Shown: piece after piece, positions 34,806 through 49,800 of the stretch
Position numbering within the stretch: the stretch's first letter is position 1
How the letters are laid out: the number at the start of each line of letters is the position of its first letter
Assembly: GCA_040954595.2 (NCBI GenBank)
Contig: CM082588.2
Span: 11,047,298 to 11,111,297, forward strand
DNA: 64,000 bases
DNA from: Balanoglossus misakiensis
Lineage: Eukaryota > Animalia > Hemichordata
Reading direction: 5' to 3'
Translations under genes and position numbers: made by a program
The notes under the pieces: generated by a model
Seen by the model: the letters and a program-made list of their open reading frames with translations, nothing else
Database searches by the model: none
What the model was told of the DNA's origin: nothing

Positions 34806-37800
34806 TTTTCGACTTTGCAAAATCTCAAAATTTCGTCGTTTTTTGAAAAAAAATCATGGGTGAAAATGCATCAAAAAATGAGAAATTTTCGACTTTGCAA
34901 AATCTCAAAATTTCGTCAATTTTGAAAAAAATCATGGGTGAAAATCATCAAAAAATGACAAATTTTCGACTTTGCAAAATCTCAAAATTTTGTTGATTTT
35001 TGAAAAAAATCATAGGTGAAAATCATCAAAAAATGACAAATTTTCGACTTTGCAAAATCTCAAAATTTCGTCGATTTTTGAAGAAAATCATGGGTGAAAA
35101 TCATCAAAAAATGACAAATTTTCGACTTTGCAAAATCTCAAAATTTTTTCGATTTTTGAAAAAAGACATGGGTGAAAATCATCAAAAAATGACAAATTTT
35201 CGACTTTGCAAAATCTCAAAATTTCGTCGATTTTTGAAAAAAATCATGGGGGAAAATCATGAAAAAATGACAAATTTTCCTCTTTGCAAAATCTCAAAAT
35301 TTCGTCGATTTTTAAAAAAAGACATGGGTGAAAATCATCAAAAAATAACAAATTTTCGACTTTGCAAAATCTCAAAATTTCGTCCATTTTTGAAAAAAAA
35401 TCATGGGTAAAAATCATCAAAAAATGACACATTTTCGACTTTGCAAAATCTCAAAATTTCGTCGATTTTTGAAAAAAAATCATGGGTGAAAATCATCAAA
35501 AAATGACAAATTTTCGTCTTTGCAAAATCTCAAAATTTCGTCCATTTCTGAAAAAAAATTATGGGTAAAAATCATCAAAAATGACAAATTTTCATCTTTG
35601 CAAAATCTCAAATTTTCGTCGATTTTTGAAAAAAAATCATGGTTGAAAATCATCAAAAAATGACAAAATTTTCGACTTTGCAAAATCTCAAAATTTCGTC
35701 GATTTTTGAAAAAAATCATGGGGGAAAATCATGAAAAAATGACAAATTTTCCTCTTTGCAAAATCTTAAAATTTCGTCGATTTTTGAAAAAAAATCATGG
35801 GTGAAAATCATCAAAAAATGACAAATTTTCGTCTTTGCAAAATCTCAAAATTTCGTCCATTTTTGAAAAAAATCATGGGTGAAAATCATCAAAAAATGAC
35901 AAATTTTCGACTTTGCAAAATCTGAACATTTCGTCAATTTTTGAAAAAATCATGGGTGAAAATCATCAAAAAATGACAAATTTTCGACTTTGCAAAATCT
36001 CAAAATTTCGTCGATTTTTGAAAAAAATCATGGGGGAAAATCATGAAAAAATGACAAATTTTCCTCTCTGCAAAATCTCAAAATTTCGTCGATTTTTGAA
36101 AAAAAATCATGGGTGAAAATCATCAAAAAATGACAAATTTTCGTCTTTGCAAAATCTCAAAATTTCGTCCATTTTTGAAAAAAAATCATGGGTAAAAATC
36201 ATCAAAAATGACAAATTTTCGTCTTTGCAAAATCTCAAATTTTCGTCGATTTTTGAAAAAAAATCATGGTTGAAAATCATCAAAAAATGACAAAATTTTC
36301 GACTTTGTAAAATCACAAAATTTCGTCGATTTTGAAAAAAATCATAGGTTCGTCGATTTTTAAAAAAAAAACATGGGTGAAAATCATCAAAAAATGACAC
36401 ATTTTCCTCTGCAAAATCTCAAAATTTCGTCGTTTTTTGAAAAAAAATCATTGGTGAAAATCATCAAAAAATGACAAATTTTCGTCTTTGCAAAATCTCA
36501 AAATTTCGTCCATTTTTGAAAAAAAATCATGGGTAAAAATCATCAAAAATGACAAATTTTCGTCTTTGCAAAATCTCAAATTTTCGTCGATTTTTGAAAA
36601 AAAATCATGGGGGAAAATCATGAAAAAATGACAAATTTTCCTCTTTGCAAAATCTCAAAATTTCGTCGATTTTTGAAAAAAATCATGGGTGAAAATCATG
36701 AAAAAATGACAAATTTTCCTCTTTGCAAAATCTCAAAATTTCGTCGTTTTTTGAAAAAAATCATGTGTGAAAATCATCAAAAAATGACAAATTTTGAAAA
36801 AAAAAAACTGGTGAAAATCATCAAAAAATGACACATTTACGACTTTGCAAAATCTCAAAATTTCGTCGATTTTTGAAAAAAAATCATGGGTGAAAATCAT
36901 GAAAAAATGACAAATTTTGAAAAAAAAACGGGTGAAAATCATCAAAAAATGACACATTTTCGTCGACTTTGCAAAATCTCAAAATTTCGTCGATTTTTGA
37001 AAAAAATCATGGGGGAAAATCATGAAAAAATGACAAATTTTCCTCTGCAAAATCTCAAAATTTCGTCGATTTTTAAAAAAAGACATGGGTGAAAATCATC
37101 AAAAAATAACAAATTTTCGACTTTGCAAAATCTCAAAATTTCGTCCATTTTTGAAAAAAAATCATGGGTAAAAATCATCAAAAAATGACAAATTTTCGTC
37201 TTTGCAAAATCTCACAATTTCGTCGATTTTTGAAAAAAATCATGTGTGAAAATCATCAAAAAATGACAAATTTTCGACTTTGCAAAATCTCAAAATTTCG
37301 TCAATTTTTGAAAAAATCATGGGTGAAAATCATCAAAAAATGACAAATTTTCGTCTTTGCAAAATCTCAAAATTTCGTCCATTTTCGACTTTGCAAAATC
37401 TCAAAATTTCGTCCATTTCTGAAAAAAAATTATGGGTAAAAATCATCAAAAATGACAAATTTTCATCTTTGCAAAATCTCAAATTTTCGTCGATTTTTGA
37501 AAAAAAATCATGGTTGAAAATCATCAAAAAATGACAAAATTTTCGACTTTGCAAAATCTCAACATTTCGTCGATTTTTGAAAAAAATCATGGGTGAAAAT
37601 CATCAAAAAATGACAATTTTTCGACTTTGCAAAATCTCAACATTTCGTCGATTTTTGAAGAAAATCATGGGTGAAAATCATCAAAACATGACAAATTTTC
37701 GACTTTGCAAAATCTCAAAATTTTTTCGATTTTTGAAAAAAGACATGGGTGAAAATCATCAAAAAATGACAAATTTTCGACTTTGCAAAATCTCAAAATT

Positions 37801-40800
37801 TCGTCGATTTTTGAAAAAAATCATGGGGGAAAATCATGAAAAAAATGACAAATTTTCCTCTTTGCAAAATCTCAAAATTTCGTCGATTTTTGAAAAAAAT
37901 CATGGGTGAAAATCATCAAAAAAATGACAAATTTTCGACTTTGCAAAATCTCAAAATTTTGTTGATTTTTGAAAAAAATCATAGGTGAAAATCATCAAAA
38001 AATGACAAATTTTCGACTTTGCAAAATCTCAAAATTTCGTCAATTTTTGAAGAAAATCATGGGTGAAAATCATCAAAAAATGACAAATTTTCGACTTTGC
38101 AAAATCTCAAAATTTTTTCGATTTTTGAAAAAAGACATGGGTGAAAATCATCAAAAAATGACAAATTTTCGACTTTGCAAAATCTCAAAATTTCGTCGAT
38201 TTTTGAAAAAAATCATGGGGGAAAATCATGAAAAAAATGACAAATTTTCCTCTTTGCAAAATCTCAAAATTTCGTCGATTTTTAAAAAAAGACATGGGTG
38301 AAAATCATCAAAAAATAACAAATTTTCGACTTTGCAAAATCTCAAAATTTCGTCCATTTTTGAAAAAAAATCATGGGTAAAAATCATCAAAAAATGACAC
38401 ATTTTCGACTTTGCAAAATCTCAAAATTTCGTCGATTTTTGAAAAAAAATCATGGGTGAAAATCATCAAAAAATGACACATTTTCGTCTTTGCAAAATCT
38501 CAAAATTTCGTCCATTTCTGAAAAAAAATTATGGGTAAAAATCATCAAAAATGACAAATTTTCATCTTTGCAAAATCTCAAATTTTCGTCGATTTTTGAA
38601 AAAAAATCATGTTTGAAAATCATCAAAAAATGACAAAATTTTCGACTTTGCAAAATCTCAAAATTTCGTCGATTTTTGAAAAAAATCATGGGGGAAAATC
38701 ATGAAAAAATGACAAATTTTCCTCTTTGCAAAATCTTAAAATTTCGTCGATTTTTGAAAAAAAATCATGGGTGAAAATCATCAAAAAATGACAAATTTTC
38801 GTCTTTGCAAAATCTCAAAATTTCGTCCATTTTTGAAAAAAAATTATGGGTAAAAATCATCAAAAATGACAAATTTTCATCTTTGCAAAATCTCAAATTT
38901 TCGTCGATTTTTGAAAAAAAATCATGGTTGAAAATCATCAAAAAATGACAAAATTTTCGACTTTGCAAAATCTCAACATTTCGTCGATTTTTGAAAAAAA
39001 TCATGGGTGAAAATCATCAAAAAATGACAATTTTTCGACTTTGCAAAATCTCAACATTTCGTCGATTTTTGAAAAAAATCATGGGTGAAAATCATCAAAA
39101 AATGACAAATTTTCGACTTCGCAAAATCTCAAAATTTCGTCGATTTTTGAAAAAAATCATGGGTGAAAATAATCAAAAAATGACAAATTTTCGACTTTGC
39201 AAAATCTCAAAATTTCGTCGATTTTTGAAGAAAATCATGGGTGAAAATCATCAAAAAATGACAAATTTTCGACTTTGCAAAATCTCAAAATTTCGTCGAT
39301 TTTTGAAAAAAATCATGGGGGAAAATCATCAAAAAATTACAAATTTTCGACTGCAAAATCTCAAAATTTCGTCGATTTTTGAAAAAATCATGGGTGAAAA
39401 TCATGAAAAAATGACAAATTTTCGACTTTGCAAAATCTGAAAATTTCGTCGATTTTTGAAAAAAATCATGGGGGAAAATGATCAAAAAATGACAAATTTT
39501 CGACTGCAAAATCTCAAAATTTCGTCAATTTTGAAAAAAATCATGGTTGAAAATCATCAAAAAATGACAATTTTTTTACTGCAAAATCTCAAAATTTCAT
39601 CGATTTTTGAAAAAAATCATGGGTAAAAATCATCAAAAAATGACACATTTTCGACTTTGCAAAATCTCTAAATTTCGTCGATTTTTGAACAAAAATCATG
39701 GGTGAAAATCATCAAAAAATGACAAATTTTCGTCTTTGCAAAATCTCAAAATTTCGTCCATTTCTGAAAAAAAATTATGGGTAAAAATCATCAAAAATGA
39801 CAAATTTTCATTTTTGCAAAATCTCAAATTTTCGTCGATTTTGAAAAAAATCATAGGTACGTCGATTTTTTTAAAAAAAACATGGGTGAAAATCATCAAA
39901 AAATGACAAATTTTCGACTTTGCAAAATCTCAAAATTTCGTCGATTTTTGAAAAAAATCATGGGTGAAAATCATCAAAAAATGACAAATTTTCGACTTTG
40001 CAAAATCTCAAAATTTCGTCGATTTTTGAAAAAAATCATGGGTGAAAATCATGAAAAAATGACAAATTTTGAAAAAAAAACGGGTGAAAATCATCAAAAA
40101 ATGACACATTTTCGACTTTGCAAAATCTCAAAATTTCGTCCATTTCTGAAAAAAAATTATGGGTAAAAATCATCAAAAATGACAAATTTTCATCTTTGCA
40201 AAATCTCAAATTTTCGTCGATTTTTGAAAAAAAATCATGGTTGAAAATCATCAAAAAATGACAAAATTTTCGACTTTGCAAAATCTCAACATTTCGTCGA
40301 TTTTTGAAAAAAATCATGGGTGAAAATCATCAAAAAATGACAATTTTTCGACTTTGCAAAATCTCAACATTTCGTCGATTTTTGAAAAAAATCATGGGTG
40401 AAAATCATCAAAAAATGACAAATTTTCGACTTCGCAAAATCTCAAAATTTCGTCGATTTTTGAAAAAAATCATGGGTGAAAATAATCAAAAAATGACAAA
40501 TTTTCGACTTTGCAAAATCTCAAAATTTCGTCGATTTTTGAAGAAAATCATGGGTGAAAATCATCAAAAAATGACAAATTTTCGACTTTGCAAAATCTCA
40601 AAATTTCGTCGATTTTTGAAAAAAATCATGGGGGAAAATCATCAAAAAATTACAAATTTTCGACTGCAAAATCTCAAAATTTCGTCGATTTTTGAAAAAA
40701 TCATGGGTGAAAATCATGAAAAAATGACAAATTTTCGACTTTGCAAAATCTGAAAATTTCGTCGATTTTTGAAAAAAATCATGGGGGAAAATGATCAAAA

Positions 40801-43800
40801 AATGACAAATTTTCGACTGCAAAATCTCAAAATTTCGTCAATTTTGAAAAAAATCATGGTTGAAAATCATCAAAAAATGACAATTTTTTTACTGCAAAAT
40901 CTCAAAATTTCATCGATTTTTGAAAAAAATCATGGGTAAAAATCATCAAAAAATGACACATTTTCGACTTTGCAAAATCTCTAAATTTCGTCGATTTTTG
41001 AACAAAAATCATGGGTGAAAATCATCAAAAAATGACAAATTTTCGTCTTTGCAAAATCTCAAAATTTCGTCCATTTCTGAAAAAAAATTATGGGTAAAAA
41101 TCATCAAAAATGACAAATTTTCATCTTTGCAAAATCTCAAATTTTCGTCGATTTTGAAAAAAATCATAGGTACGTCGATTTTTTTAAAAAAAACATGGGT
41201 GAAAATCATCAAAAAATGACAAATTTTCGACTTTGCAAAATCTCAAAATTTCGTCGATTTTTGAAAAAAATCATGGGTGAAAATCATCAAAAAATGACAA
41301 ATTTTCGACTTTGCAAAATCTCAAAATTTCGTCGATTTTTGAAAAAAATCATGGGTGAAAATCATGAAAAAATGACAAATTTTGAAAAAAAAACGGGTGA
41401 AAATCATCAAAAAATGACACATTTTCGACTTTGCAAAATCTCAAAATTTCGTCCATTTCTGAAAAAAAATTATGGGTAAAAATCATCAAAAATGACAAAT
41501 TTTCATCTTTGCAAAATCTCAAATTTTCGTCGATTTTTGAAAAAAAATCATGGTTGAAAATCATCAAAAAATGACAAAATTTTCGACTTTGCAAAATCTC
41601 AACATTTCGTCGATTTTTGAAAAAAATCATGGGTGAAAATCATCAAAAAATGACAATTTTTCGACTTTGCAAAATCTCAACATTTCGTCGATTTTTGAAG
41701 AAAATCATGGGTGAAAATCATCAAAAAATGACAAATTTTCGACTTTGCAAAATCTCAAAATTTTTTCGATTTTGAAAAAAATCATAGGTTCGTCGATTTT
41801 TAAAAAAAAAACATGGGTGAAAATCATCAAAAAATGACACATTTTCGACTTTGCAAAATCTCAAAATTTCGTCGATTTTTGAAAAAAATCATGGGTGAAA
41901 ATCATCAAAAAATGACAAAATTTTCGACTTTGCAAAATCTCAAAATTTCGTCGATTTTTGAAAAAAAATCATGGTTAAAAATCATCAAAAAATGACAAAA
42001 TTTTCGACTTTGCAAAATCACAAAATTTCGTCGATTTTGAAAAAAATCATAGGTACGTCGATTTTTTTAAAAAAAACATGGGTGAAAATCATCAAAAAAT
42101 GACAAATTTTCGACTTTGCAAAATCTCAAAATTTCGTCGATTTTTGAAAAAATCATGGGTGAAAATCATCAAAAAATGACAAATTTTCGACTGCAAAATC
42201 TCAAAATTTCGTCGATTTTTGAAAAAAAATCATGGGTGAAAAATCATCAAAAAATGACAAATTTTCGACTTTGCAAAATCTCAAAATTTCGTCAATTTTT
42301 GAAGAAAATCATGGGTGAAAATCATCAAAAAATGACAAATTTTCGACTTTGCAAAATCTCAAAATTTTTTCGATTTTTGAAAAAAGACATGGGTGAAAAT
42401 CATCAAAAAATGACAAATTTTCGACTTTGCAAAATCTCAAAATTTCGTCGATTTTTGAAAAAATCATGGGTGAAAATCATCAAAAAATGACAAATTTTCG
42501 ACTGCAAAATCTCAAAATTTCGTCGATTTTTGAAAAAAAATCATGGGTGAAAAATCATCAAAAAATGACAAATTTTCGACTTTGCAAAATCTCAAAATTT
42601 AGTCAATTTTTGAAAAAATCATGGGTGAAAATCATCAAAAAATGACAAATTTTCATGTTTGCAAAATCTCAAAATTTCGTCGGTTTTTGAAAAATAATAT
42701 GGGTGAAAATCATCAAAAAATGACAAATTTTCGACTGCAAAAACTCAAAATTTCATCAATTTTGAAAAAAATCATGGGTGAAAATCATCAAAAAATAACA
42801 AATTTTCCTCTTTGCAAAATCTATAAATTTCGTCGATTTTTGAAAAATTTTCAACTTTGCAAAATCTCAAAATTTCGTCGATTTTTGAAAAAAATCATGG
42901 GGGAAAATCATCAAAAAATGACACATTTTCGACTTTGCAAAATCTCAAAATTTCGTCGATTTTTGAAAAAAAATCATGGGTGAAAATCATCAAAAAATGA
43001 CAAATTTTGAAAAAAAACGGGTGAAAATCATCAAAAAATGACACATTTTCGACTTTGCAAAATCTCAAAATTTCGTCGATTTTTGAAAAAATCATGGGTG
43101 AAAATCATCAAAAAATGACAAATTTTCGACTGCAAAATCTCAAAATTTCGTCGATTTTTGAAAAAAAATCATGGGTGAAAAATCATCAAAAAATGACAAA
43201 TTTTCGACTTTGCAAAATCTCAAAATTTCGTCGATTTTTGAAAAAAATCATGGGGGAAAATCATGAAAAAAATGACAAATTTTCCTCTTTGCAAAATCTC
43301 AAAATTTCGTCGATTTTTAAAAAAAGACATGGGTGAAAATCATCAAAAAATAACAAATTTTCGACTTTGCAAAATCTCAAAATTTCGTCCATTTTTGAAA
43401 AAAAATCATGGGTAAAAATCATCAAAAAATGACACATTTTCGACTTTGCAAAATCTCAAAATTTCGTCGATTTTTGAAAAAAAATCATGGGTGAAAATCA
43501 TCAAAAAATGACAAATTTTCGTCTTTGCAAAATCTCAAAATTTCGTCCATTTCTGAAAAAAAATTATGGGTAAAAATCATCAAAAATGACAAATTTTCAT
43601 CTTTGCAAAATCTCAAATTTTCGTCGATTTTGAAAAAAATCATAGGTTCGTCGATTTTAAAAAAAAAAACATGGGTGAAAATCATCAAAAAATGACACAT
43701 TTTCGACTTTGCAAAATCTCAAAATTTCGTCGATTTTTGAAAAAAATCATGGGTGAAAATCATCAAAAAATGACAAATTTTCGACTTTGCAAAATCTCAA

Positions 43801-46800
43801 AATTTCGTCGATTTTTGAAAAAAATCATGGGTGAAAATCATGAAAAAATGACAAATTTTGAAAAAAAAACGGGTGAAAATCATCAAAAAATGACACATTT
43901 TCGACTTTGCAAAATCTCAAAATTTCGTCCATTTCTGAAAAAAAATTATGGGTAAAAATCATCAAAAATGACAAATTTTCATCTTTGCAAAATCTCAAAT
44001 TTTCGTCGATTTTTGAAAAAAAATCATGGTTGAAAATCATCAAAAAATGACAAAATTTTCGACTTTGCAAAATCTCAACATTTCGTCGATTTTTGAAAAA
44101 AATCATGGGTGAAAATCATCAAAAAATGACAATTTTTCGACATTGCAAAATCTCAACATTTCGTCGATTTTTGAAAAAAATCATGGGTGAAAATCATCAA
44201 AAAATGACAAATTTTCGACTTCGCAAAATCTCAAAATTTCGTCGATTTTTGAAAAAAATCATGGGTGAAAATAATCAAAAAATGACAAATTTTCGACTTT
44301 GCAAAATCTCAAAATTTCGACGATTTTTGAAGAAAATCATGGGTGAAAATCATCAAAAAATGACAAATTTTCGACTTTGCAAAATCTCAAAATTTCGTCG
44401 ATTTTTGAAAAAATCATGGGTGAAAATCATCAAAAAATAACAAATTTTCGACTTTGCAAAATCTCAAAATTTCGTCCATTTTTGAAAAAAAATCATGGGT
44501 AAAAATCATCAAAAAATGACACATTTTCGACTTTGCAAAATCTCAAAATTTCGTCGATTTTTGAAAAAAAATCATGGGTGAAAATCAACAAAAAATGACA
44601 AATTTTCGTCTTTGCAAAATCTCAAAATTTCGTCCATTTCTGAAAAAAAATTATGGGTAAAAATCATCAAAAATGACAAATTTTCATCTTTGCAAAATCT
44701 CAAATTTTCGTCGATTTTGAAAAAAATCATAGGTACGTCGATTTTTTTAAAAAAAACATGGGTGAAAATCATCAAAAAATGACAAATTTTCGACTTTGCA
44801 AAATCTCAAAATTTCGTCGATTTTTGAAAAAATCATGGGTGAAAATCATCAAAAAATGACAAATTTTCGACTACAAAATCTCAAAATTTCGTCGATTTTT
44901 GAAAAAAAATCATGGGTGAAAAATCATCAAAAAATGACAAATTTTCGACTTTGCAAAATCTCAAAATTTAGTCAATTTTTGAAAAAATCATGGGTGAAAA
45001 TCATCAAAAAATGACAAATTTTCGACTTTGCAAAATCTCAAAATTTCGTCGATTTTTGAAAAAAATCATGGGGGAAAATCATCAAAAAATGACAAATTTT
45101 CGACTGCAAAAACTCAAAATTTCATCAATTTTGAAAAAAATCATGGGTGAAAATCATCAAAAAATGACAAATTTTCCTCTTTGCAAAATCTATAAATTTC
45201 GTCGATTTTTGAAAAATTTTCAACTTTGCAAAATCTCAAAATTTCGTCGATTTTTGAAAAAAATCATGGGTGAAAATCATCAAAAAATGACAAATTTTCG
45301 ACTTTGCAAAATCTCAAAATTTCGTCGATTTTTGAAAAAAATCATGGGTGAAAATCATGAAAAAATGACAAATTTTGAAAAAAAAACGGGTGAAAATCAT
45401 CAAAAAATGACACATTTTCGACTTTGCAAAATCTCAAAATTTCGTCCATTTCTGAAAAAAAATTATGGGTAAAAATCATCAAAAATGACAAATTTTCATC
45501 TTTGCAAAATCTCAAATTTTCGTCGATTTTTGAAAAAAAATCATGGTTGAAAATCATCAAAAAATGACAAATTTTCGACTTTGCAAAATCTCAACATTTC
45601 GTCGATTTTTGAAAAAAATCATGGGTGAAAATCATCAAAACATGACAATTTTTCGACTTTGCAAAATCTCAACATTTCGTCGATTTTTGAAGAAAATCAT
45701 GGGTGAAAATCATCAAAAAATGACAAATTTTCGACTTTGCAAAATCTCAAAATTTTTTCGATTTTGAAAAAAATCATAGGTTCGTCGATTTTTAAAAAAA
45801 AAACATGGGTGAAAATCATCAAAAAATGACACATTTTCGACTTTGCAAAATCTCAAAATTTCGTCGATTTTTGAAAAAATCATGGGTGAAAATCATCAAA
45901 AAATGACAAATTTTCGACTGCAAAATCTCAAAATTTCGTCGATTTTTGAAAAAAAATCATGGGTGAAAAATCATCAAAAAATGACAAATTTTCGACTTTG
46001 CAAAATCTCAAAATTTCGTCAATTTTTGAAGAAAATCATGGGTGAAAATCATCAAAAAATGACAAATTTTCGACTTTGCAAAATCTCAAAATTTTTTCGA
46101 TTTTTGAAAAAAGACATGGGTGAAAATCATCAAAAAATGACAAATTTTCGACTTTGCAAAATCTCAAAATTTCGTCGATTTTTGAAAAAATCATGGGTGA
46201 AAATCATCAAAAAATGACAAATTTTCGACTGCAAAATCTCAAAATTTCGTCGATTTTTGAAAAAAAATCATGGGTGAAAAATCATCAAAAAATGACAAAT
46301 TTTCGACTTTGCAAAATCTCAAAATTTAGTCAATTTTTGAAAAAATCATGGGTGAAAATCATCAAAAAATGACAAATTTTCATGTTTGCAAAATCTCAAA
46401 ATTTCGTCGGTTTTTGAAAAATAATATGGGTGAAAATCATCAAAAAATGACAAATTTTCGACTGCAAAAACTCAAAATTTCATCAATTTTGAAAAAAATC
46501 ATGGGTGAAAATCATCAAAAAATGACAAATTTTCCTCTTTGCAAAATCTATAAATTTCGTCGATTTTTGAAAAATTTTCAACTTTGCAAAATCTCAAAAT
46601 TTCGTCGATTTTTGAAAAAAATCATGGGGGAAAATCATCAAAAAATGACACATTTTCGACTTTGCAAAATCTCAAAATTTCGTCGATTTTTGAAAAAAAA
46701 TCATGGGTGAAAATCATCAAAAAATGACAAATTTTGAAAAAAAACGGGTGAAAATCATCAAAAAATGACACATTTTCGACTTTGCAAAATCTCAAAATTT

Positions 46801-49800
46801 CGTCGATTTTTGAAAAAATCATGGGTGAAAATCATCAAAAAATGACAAATTTTCGACTGCAAAATCTCAAAATTTCGTCGATTTTTGAAAAAAAATCATG
46901 GGTGAAAAATCATCAAAAAATGACAAATTTTCGACTTTGCAAAATCTCAAAATTTCGTCGATTTTTGAAAAAAATCATGGGGGAAAATCATGAAAAAAAT
47001 GACAAATTTTCCTCTTTGCAAAATCTCAAAATTTCGTCGATTTTTAAAAAAAGACATGGGTGAAAATCATCAAAAAATAACAAATTTTCGACTTTGCAAA
47101 ATCTCAAAATTTCGTCCATTTTTGAAAAAAAATCATGGGTAAAAATCATCAAAAAATGACACATTTTCGACTTTGCAAAATCTCAAAATTTCGTCGATTT
47201 TTGAAAAAAAATCATGGGTGAAAATCATCAAAAAATGACAAATTTTCGTCTTTGCAAAATCTCAAAATTTCGTCCATTTCTGAAAAAAAATTATGGGTAA
47301 AAATCATCAAAAATGACAAATTTTCATCTTTGCAAAATCTCAAATTTTCGTCGATTTTGAAAAAAATCATAGGTACGTCGATTTTTTTAAAAAAAACATG
47401 GGTGAAAATCATCAAAAAATGACAAATTTTCGACTTTGCAAAATCTCAAAATTTCGTCCATTTTTGAAAAAAAATCATGGGTAAAAATCATCAAAAAATG
47501 ACACATTTTCGACTTTGCAAAATCTCAAAATTTCGTCGATTTTTGAAAAAAAATCATGGGTGAAAATCATCAAAAAATGACAAATTTTCGTCTTTGCAAA
47601 ATCTCAAAATTTCGTCCATTTCTGAAAAAAAATTATGGGTAAAAATCATCAAAAATGACAAATTTTCATCTTTGCAAAATCTCAAATTTTCGTCGATTTT
47701 GAAAAAAATCATAGGTACGTCGATTTTTTTAAAAAAAACATGGGTGAAAATCATCAAAAAATGACAAATTTTCGACTTTGCAAAATCTCAAAATTTCGTC
47801 GATTTTTGAAAAAATCATGGGTGAAAATCATCAAAAAATGACAAATTTTCGACTGCAAAATCTCAAAATTTCGTCGATTTTTGAAAAAAAATCATGGGTG
47901 AAAAATCATCAAAAAATGACAAATTTTCGACTTTGCAAAATCTCAAAATTTAGTCAATTTTTGAAAAAATCATGGGTGAAAATCATCAAAAAATGACAAA
48001 TTTTCGACTTTGCAAAATCTCAAAATTTCGTCGATTTTTGAAAAAAATCATGGGGGAAAATCATCAAAAAATGACAAATTTTCGACTGCAAAAACTCAAA
48101 ATTTCATCAATTTTGAAAAAAATCATGGGTGAAAATCATCAAAAAATGACAAATTTTCCTCTTTGCAAAATCTATAAATTTCGTCGATTTTTGAAAAATT
48201 TTCAACTTTGCAAAATCTCAAAATTTCGTCGATTTTTGAAAAAAATCATGGGGGAAAATCATCAAAAAATGACACATTTTCGACTTTGCAAAATCTCAAA
48301 ATTTCGTCGATTTTTGAAAAAAAATCATGGGTGAAAATCATCAAAAAATGACAAATTTTCGTCTTTGCAAAATCTCAAAATTTCGTCCATTTTTGAAAAA
48401 AATCATGGGGGAAAATCATCAAAAAATGACAAATTTTCGATTTTGCAAAATCTCAAAATTTCGTCGATTTTTGAAAAAAAATCAGGGTTGAAAATCATCA
48501 AAAAATGACAAAATTTTCGACTTTGCAAAATCACAAAATTTCGTCGATTTTGAAAAAAATCATAGGTTCGTCGATTTTAAAAAAAAAACATGGGTGAAAA
48601 TCATCAAAAAATGACACATTTTCGACTTTGCAAAATCTCAAAATTTCGTCGATTTTTGAAAAAAATCATGGGTGAAAATCATCAAAAAATGACAAAATTT
48701 TCGACTTTGCAAAATCTCAAAATTTCGTCGATTTTTGAAAAAAAATCATGGTTGAAAATCATCAAAAAATGACAAAATTTTCGACTTTGCAAAATCACAA
48801 AATTTCGTCGATTTTGAAAAAAATCATAGGTTCGTCGATTTAAAAAAAAAAACATGGGTGAAAATCATCAAAAAATGACACATTTTCGACTTTGCAAAAT
48901 CTCAAAATTTCGTCGATTTTTGAAAAAAATCATGGGTGAAAATCATCAAAAAATGACAAATTTTCGACTTTGCAAAATCTCAAAATTTCGTCGATTTTTG
49001 AAAAAAATCATGGGTGAAAATCATGAAAAAATGACAAATTTTGAAAAAAAAACGGGTGAAAATCATCAAAAAATGACACATTTTCGACTTTGCAAAATCT
49101 CAAAATTTCGTCCATTTCTGAAAAAAAATTATGGGTAAAAATCATCAAAAATGACAAATTTTCATCTTTGCAAAATCTCAAATTTTCGTCGATTTTTGAA
49201 AAAAAATCATGGTTGAAAATCATCAAAAAATGACAAAATTTTCGACTTTGCAAAATCTCAACATTTCGTCGATTTTTGAAAAAAATCATGGGTGAAAATC
49301 ATCAAAAAATGACAATTTTTCGACTTTGCAAAATCTCAACATTTCGTCGATTTTTGAAAAAAATCATGGGTGAAAATCATCAAAAAATGACAAATTTTCG
49401 ACTTCGCAAAATCTCAAAATTTCGTCGATTTTTGAAAAAAATCATGGGTGAAAATAATCAAAAAATGACAAATTTTCGACTTTGCAAAATCTCAAAATTT
49501 CGTCGATTTTTGAAGAAAATCATGGGTGAAAATCATCAAAAAATGACAAATTTTCGACTTTGCAAAATCTCAAAATTTCGTCGATTTTTGAAAAAATCAT
49601 GGGTGAAAATCATCAAAAAATGACAAATTTTCGACTGCAAAATCTCAAAATTTCGTCGATTTTTGAAAAAAAATCATGGGTGAAAAATCATCAAAAAATG
49701 ACAAATTTTCGACTTTGCAAAATCTCAAAATTTAGTCAATTTTTGAAAAAATCATGGGTGAAAATCATCAAAAAATGACAAATTTTCGACTTTGCAAAAT

